Positions 24,502 through 27,434 of a stretch of 27,434 nt of DNA are shown here, piece by piece (the first letter of the stretch is position 1; every line of letters starts with the position of its first letter). The translations under genes were made by a program, and so were the position numbers. Source of the stretch: a virus. Its lineage: Duplodnaviria; Caudoviricetes. The notes below the pieces were generated by a model that saw only the letters and a program-made list of their open reading frames with translations, was not told the DNA's origin and searched no databases. The DNA lies in the IMG/VR virus record IMGVR_UViG_3300025066_000127, positions 1-27,434 of that record; one strand, given 5' to 3'.

Positions 24502-25827
24502 ATGGATGATCTTTTAAAAGACGCAATAGCAGACGCTAAAGCAGTCAGAGAAACGGCACTTGCAAATGCTAAAATAGCTCTTGAAGAAGCTTTCACTCCC
24601 CGCATTCAATCCATGCTTTCAGACAAGATTCAGAACGAATTAGAAGGTGATGAAGAAGCAGCAGAAGAAGCACCAGTAGAAGGTGAAGAACCTGAAGCCG
24701 AAGAAGAACCCGAAATAGCAGCTGAACCTGAAGTTGGTGAAGAACCTCTTGTAGCACAGGACGAAGTTCCTGGTGATGAATTTTCAGAACCAGAAGCAGA
24801 AATTCCCGCTGAAGAAGAACCACTTGTCGCACAGGACGAAGTTCCTGGTGATGAGTTTTCTGAACCAGAAGCTGAAGAAGAATTTCCAGCTGAAGAAGGT
24901 GTGATTGAAATCAATGGTGTAAAATATGCACCAGTCGTATCTGAAGAAGATGAAGAGGAATTTGAAGCTCCTGTTGAAGAACAGGAAGATGAAGATGAAC
25001 TCGACCTCGAATCTATTCTACGTGAACTCGAAGATGAAGCCGAAGAAGGTGAAATCGAAGAAGATTACGCAGAAGGTGAAGTAGGTGATGGTCTTTCTTC
25101 GGATGAAGCTGAAACAGCTGATGAAGCTGAATTAGCAGAAAACGATGTATCTTCTGATATTGGTGATGGTGACAACAAAGTCGCCGACGCTGCAGCAGAT
25201 TCGTCTGATGTCGGACAAGGTTCGGAAGAACCAGCAGCCGCAGACGCACCAGCAGCAGGTCACGAAAATTCAGATGATGAAGAAGTGGATGATTTAGTTG
25301 AAGTCAATGGAGTAACATACTCTAAAGTTCAAGAAGAAGAAGAAGAAGTTGAAGAGGACATTGACCTTGAAGAAATCTTGAAAGCACTTTCAGAAGGTGA
25401 TGATGAAGAAGAAGATGCAGAAGCACAAGCTGAAGCAGTTTCTAAACTTACATCAGATCTTGATGAGCACCGCAAGGTAGTGAAGTATCTACGTGGTAAG
25501 TTGAATGAAGTAAACTTACTTAACGCTAAACTTTTGTTTACTAACAAATTATTCCGTGCACACGGTTTAACTAATGAACAGAAGTTGAAAGTCGTAGAAA
25601 CTTTCGATAGAGCAGCAAACCTAAGAGAAGTTAAGTTGGTATTCGCCACTTTAGCAGAATCTTTTGGTAGCAAAACGGCAAACGCAAGTACGCCAAAACC
25701 AATTAAAGAGAATAAAGGCACCGCTTCTAAAGCAGTTGCTTCTACCAAACCTAAATCAGCACCGAAGGTGATTGAAGAAGGATTTGATATGAAGTCACGA
25801 TTTCAGAAGTTAGCTAATATTCTATAA
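24502..25827 (+). CDS. Prohead core scaffolding protein (gp22-like position)
   Basis: Very acidic middle; N-terminal AIADAKAVRETALANAKIALEEAF; C-terminal LNEVNLLNAKLLF...RFQKLANI; directly upstream of the capsid gene. Confidence 0.85.
   Translation: MDDLLKDAIADAKAVRETALANAKIALEEAFTPRIQSMLSDKIQNELEGDEEAAEEAPVEGEEPEAEEEPEIAAEPEVGEEPLVAQDEVPGDEFSEPEAEIPAEEEPLVAQDEVPGDEFSEPEAEEEFPAEEGVIEINGVKYAPVVSEEDEEEFEAPVEEQEDEDELDLESILRELEDEAEEGEIEEDYAEGEVGDGLSSDEAETADEAELAENDVSSDIGDGDNKVADAAADSSDVGQGSEEPAAADAPAAGHENSDDEEVDDLVEVNGVTYSKVQEEEEEVEEDIDLEEILKALSEGDDEEEDAEAQAEAVSKLTSDLDEHRKVVKYLRGKLNEVNLLNAKLLFTNKLFRAHGLTNEQKLKVVETFDRAANLREVKLVFATLAESFGSKTANASTPKPIKENKGTASKAVASTKPKSAPKVIEEGFDMKSRFQKLANIL
24739..24876 (+). 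repeat. Intragenic tandem duplication (EEPLVAQDEVPGDEFSEPEAE x2, 75-nt period)
   Basis: Units 24739-24801 and 24814-24876 encode the same peptide with synonymous differences. Confidence 0.9.
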
Positions 25828-25872
25828 CAATTAACAATAAATAAATCTTAACGATTTTTTTGGAGAAAAAAA

Positions 25873-27434
25873 ATGGCAGATAATTTACAATCCATCGAGC
25901 AATTGATGGGTAGCTATGATTCTCAACGTAGTCGTTTAGCAGAAACCCAAAAGTTAGTCAACAAGTGGGAGCCTACTGGATTACTTGAAGGTCTTGAAGA
26001 TAGCAATAAACAACACGGAATGGCAGTTCTTCTTGAAAACCAAGCACGTCAGTTGATAGATGAATCATCTAAAACTGGTACTGCTTCGAATTCAGAAGAG
26101 TGGTCAGGTGTGGCATTACCTTTGGTACGTCGCATTTTTGGTGAATTAGCAGCACAAGATTTCGTCAGCGTACAGCCGATGAATCTACCAAGTGGTCTAA
26201 TTTTCTATCTTGACTTTAAATACGGTACAGCTCAAACTGGACAACATACTCAAGGTTCGTACATACATGGTAACACTTCCGCATCTAACGCAGATGCAAG
26301 TGGTGGTCTCTATGGTGCAGGCAAATTTGGATATTCAGTGAATGATCAAACAGTCACTGCAGTTCCTTCCGCAGCCGCTTCAGCTTCTTGGAAAGAAGTT
26401 GAATTTGAACCTGATTTGAGTTCGTCTATTGCTACTACAGCATCAGACCAGATTGTCAAACTTACTGTAGCAAAATCATTTGATACATCAGCAGATTGGG
26501 AAGGCGCACGCGCATTCGCAGTTAGTGGTTCTGATATTTCAGCACACTATCCTGCATACACTTATACTGATGCAACAAATGTATACTTCTTCGTGAAGTC
26601 TACAGATGGTACTATTGGTAGCACAGCAATTGGAATTGCTTATCATAAAGCACCAGCTGATACATCAAGAGGTGATTTTGAACAATCAACTTTTACAACT
26701 CCTGCTCCAAGCACGAGTGATGATGTTGATATTCCAGAAATCGATATTGCATTACGTTCAGTTAGCATAGTCGCTAAGACTCGTAAACTGAAAGCAATAT
26801 GGACTCCTGAGTTGGCACAAGACCTTAACGCTTACCATAGTGTTGATGCAGAAGCAGAACTTACTTCTATGTTGAGTGAGTACATTTCAATGGAAATTGA
26901 TTTGGAAATACTTGATATGTTGAAACAGAACGCAGACGCAAAGACCGAATATTGGTCAGCTAAAGTTGGTTTTGAGTATGATTCCACTAATTCAATCTTT
27001 AGTGAAGTGTCGGGTAATTCCAACGCTTACACAAAAGGTGAGTGGTTCCAGACTCTTGGGAACAAACTGCAATCAGTATCTAACACAATCCATCAGAAAA
27101 CTCTTAGAGGTGGTGCTAATTTCATCGTGATTTCACCTGAAACAGCCACTATCATCGAGAGTATTCCTGGATACGCAGCAGATACAGATGGTGATGCAGC
27201 TAACAACTCATTCGCAATGGGTGTACAGAAAGTTGGTTCATTGAATAACAGATATACGGTTTACAAAAACCCTTATATGTTAGAAAATGACATCTTAATG
27301 GGATTCAGGGGAAGTAACTTCCTTGAAACCGGCGCTGTATACGCACCGTATGTTCCGTTAATCATGACACCGCTTGTTTACGATCCGGTTAACTTTACTC
27401 CCCGCAAGGGCGTAATGACCAGATACGCAAAGAA
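25873..27434 (+). CDS. Major capsid protein (T4 gp23-like), 3' end outside window
   Basis: Hand translation from ATG 25873 (GGAG SD): KWEPTGLLEGL, LPLVRRIFG...VSVQPMNLPSGLIFYLDF, AKTRKLKAIWTPELAQDLNAYH, YAPYVPL, PRKGVMTRYA. Confidence 0.97.
   Translation, partial: MADNLQSIEQLMGSYDSQRSRLAETQKLVNKWEPTGLLEGLEDSNKQHGMAVLLENQARQLIDESSKTGTASNSEEWSGVALPLVRRIFGELAAQDFVSVQPMNLPSGLIFYLDFKYGTAQTGQHTQGSYIHGNTSASNADASGGLYGAGKFGYSVNDQTVTAVPSAAASASWKEVEFEPDLSSSIATTASDQIVKLTVAKSFDTSADWEGARAFAVSGSDISAHYPAYTYTDATNVYFFVKSTDGTIGSTAIGIAYHKAPADTSRGDFEQSTFTTPAPSTSDDVDIPEIDIALRSVSIVAKTRKLKAIWTPELAQDLNAYHSVDAEAELTSMLSEYISMEIDLEILDMLKQNADAKTEYWSAKVGFEYDSTNSIFSEVSGNSNAYTKGEWFQTLGNKLQSVSNTIHQKTLRGGANFIVISPETATIIESIPGYAADTDGDAANNSFAMGVQKVGSLNNRYTVYKNPYMLENDILMGFRGSNFLETGAVYAPYVPLIMTPLVYDPVNFTPRKGVMTRYAK

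Noticed and set aside
467-27023. All minus-strand ORFs in the track
   Set aside because: They are shadows of well-supported plus-strand genes, with antisense-type composition (Ser/Phe/Leu runs) and no motifs. The similarity of 19919-20302 and 22288-22731 just mirrors the 195-bp repeat.
1-27434. Stop-codon reassignment explaining the many short ORFs
   Set aside because: Core genes are full length in code 11, TAA, TAG and TGA all end genes with tight start-stop coupling, and the short ORFs have their own leaders.
1-27434. CRISPR array, tRNA or rRNA genes
   Set aside because: No regularly spaced repeats or cloverleaf-compatible segments were seen, and there is little non-coding space.
24502-27434. 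Higher GC and different codon usage as sign of horizontal acquisition
   Set aside because: This is expected for the most highly expressed genes (scaffold, capsid) and for their amino-acid composition.

Overview
All-plus-strand, AT-rich late (head morphogenesis) region of a large T4-like myophage. It carries terminase (gp17), portal (gp20), prohead protease (gp21), an acidic scaffold (gp22-like), major capsid protein (gp23, runs off the window end and is missing from the ORF track) and a phage ribosomal protein bS21. About 20 unrelated small or modular ORFs interspersed among these start with one of two conserved leaders (MIKLKDLLxE or MKITKSxLRKIIREEL) ending in a hydrophobic-x-Glu motif. This resembles the T4 capsid-targeting sequence that gp21 cleaves. 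The same motif separates domains inside several polyproteins. I infer a protease-processed virion cargo system. Its apparent cargo includes a P-loop kinase, a CCA-adding-type nucleotidyltransferase plus HD domain, an Ntn hydrolase whose Cys nucleophile sits directly behind IEE, a HIGH-type nucleotidyltransferase, and an RNA-ligase-like enzyme split between two genes in permuted order, with both halves preceded by ITE. An exact 195-bp duplicated module suggests recent cassette shuffling. All functional calls come from motif reading and recall of protein families, with no database searches run.
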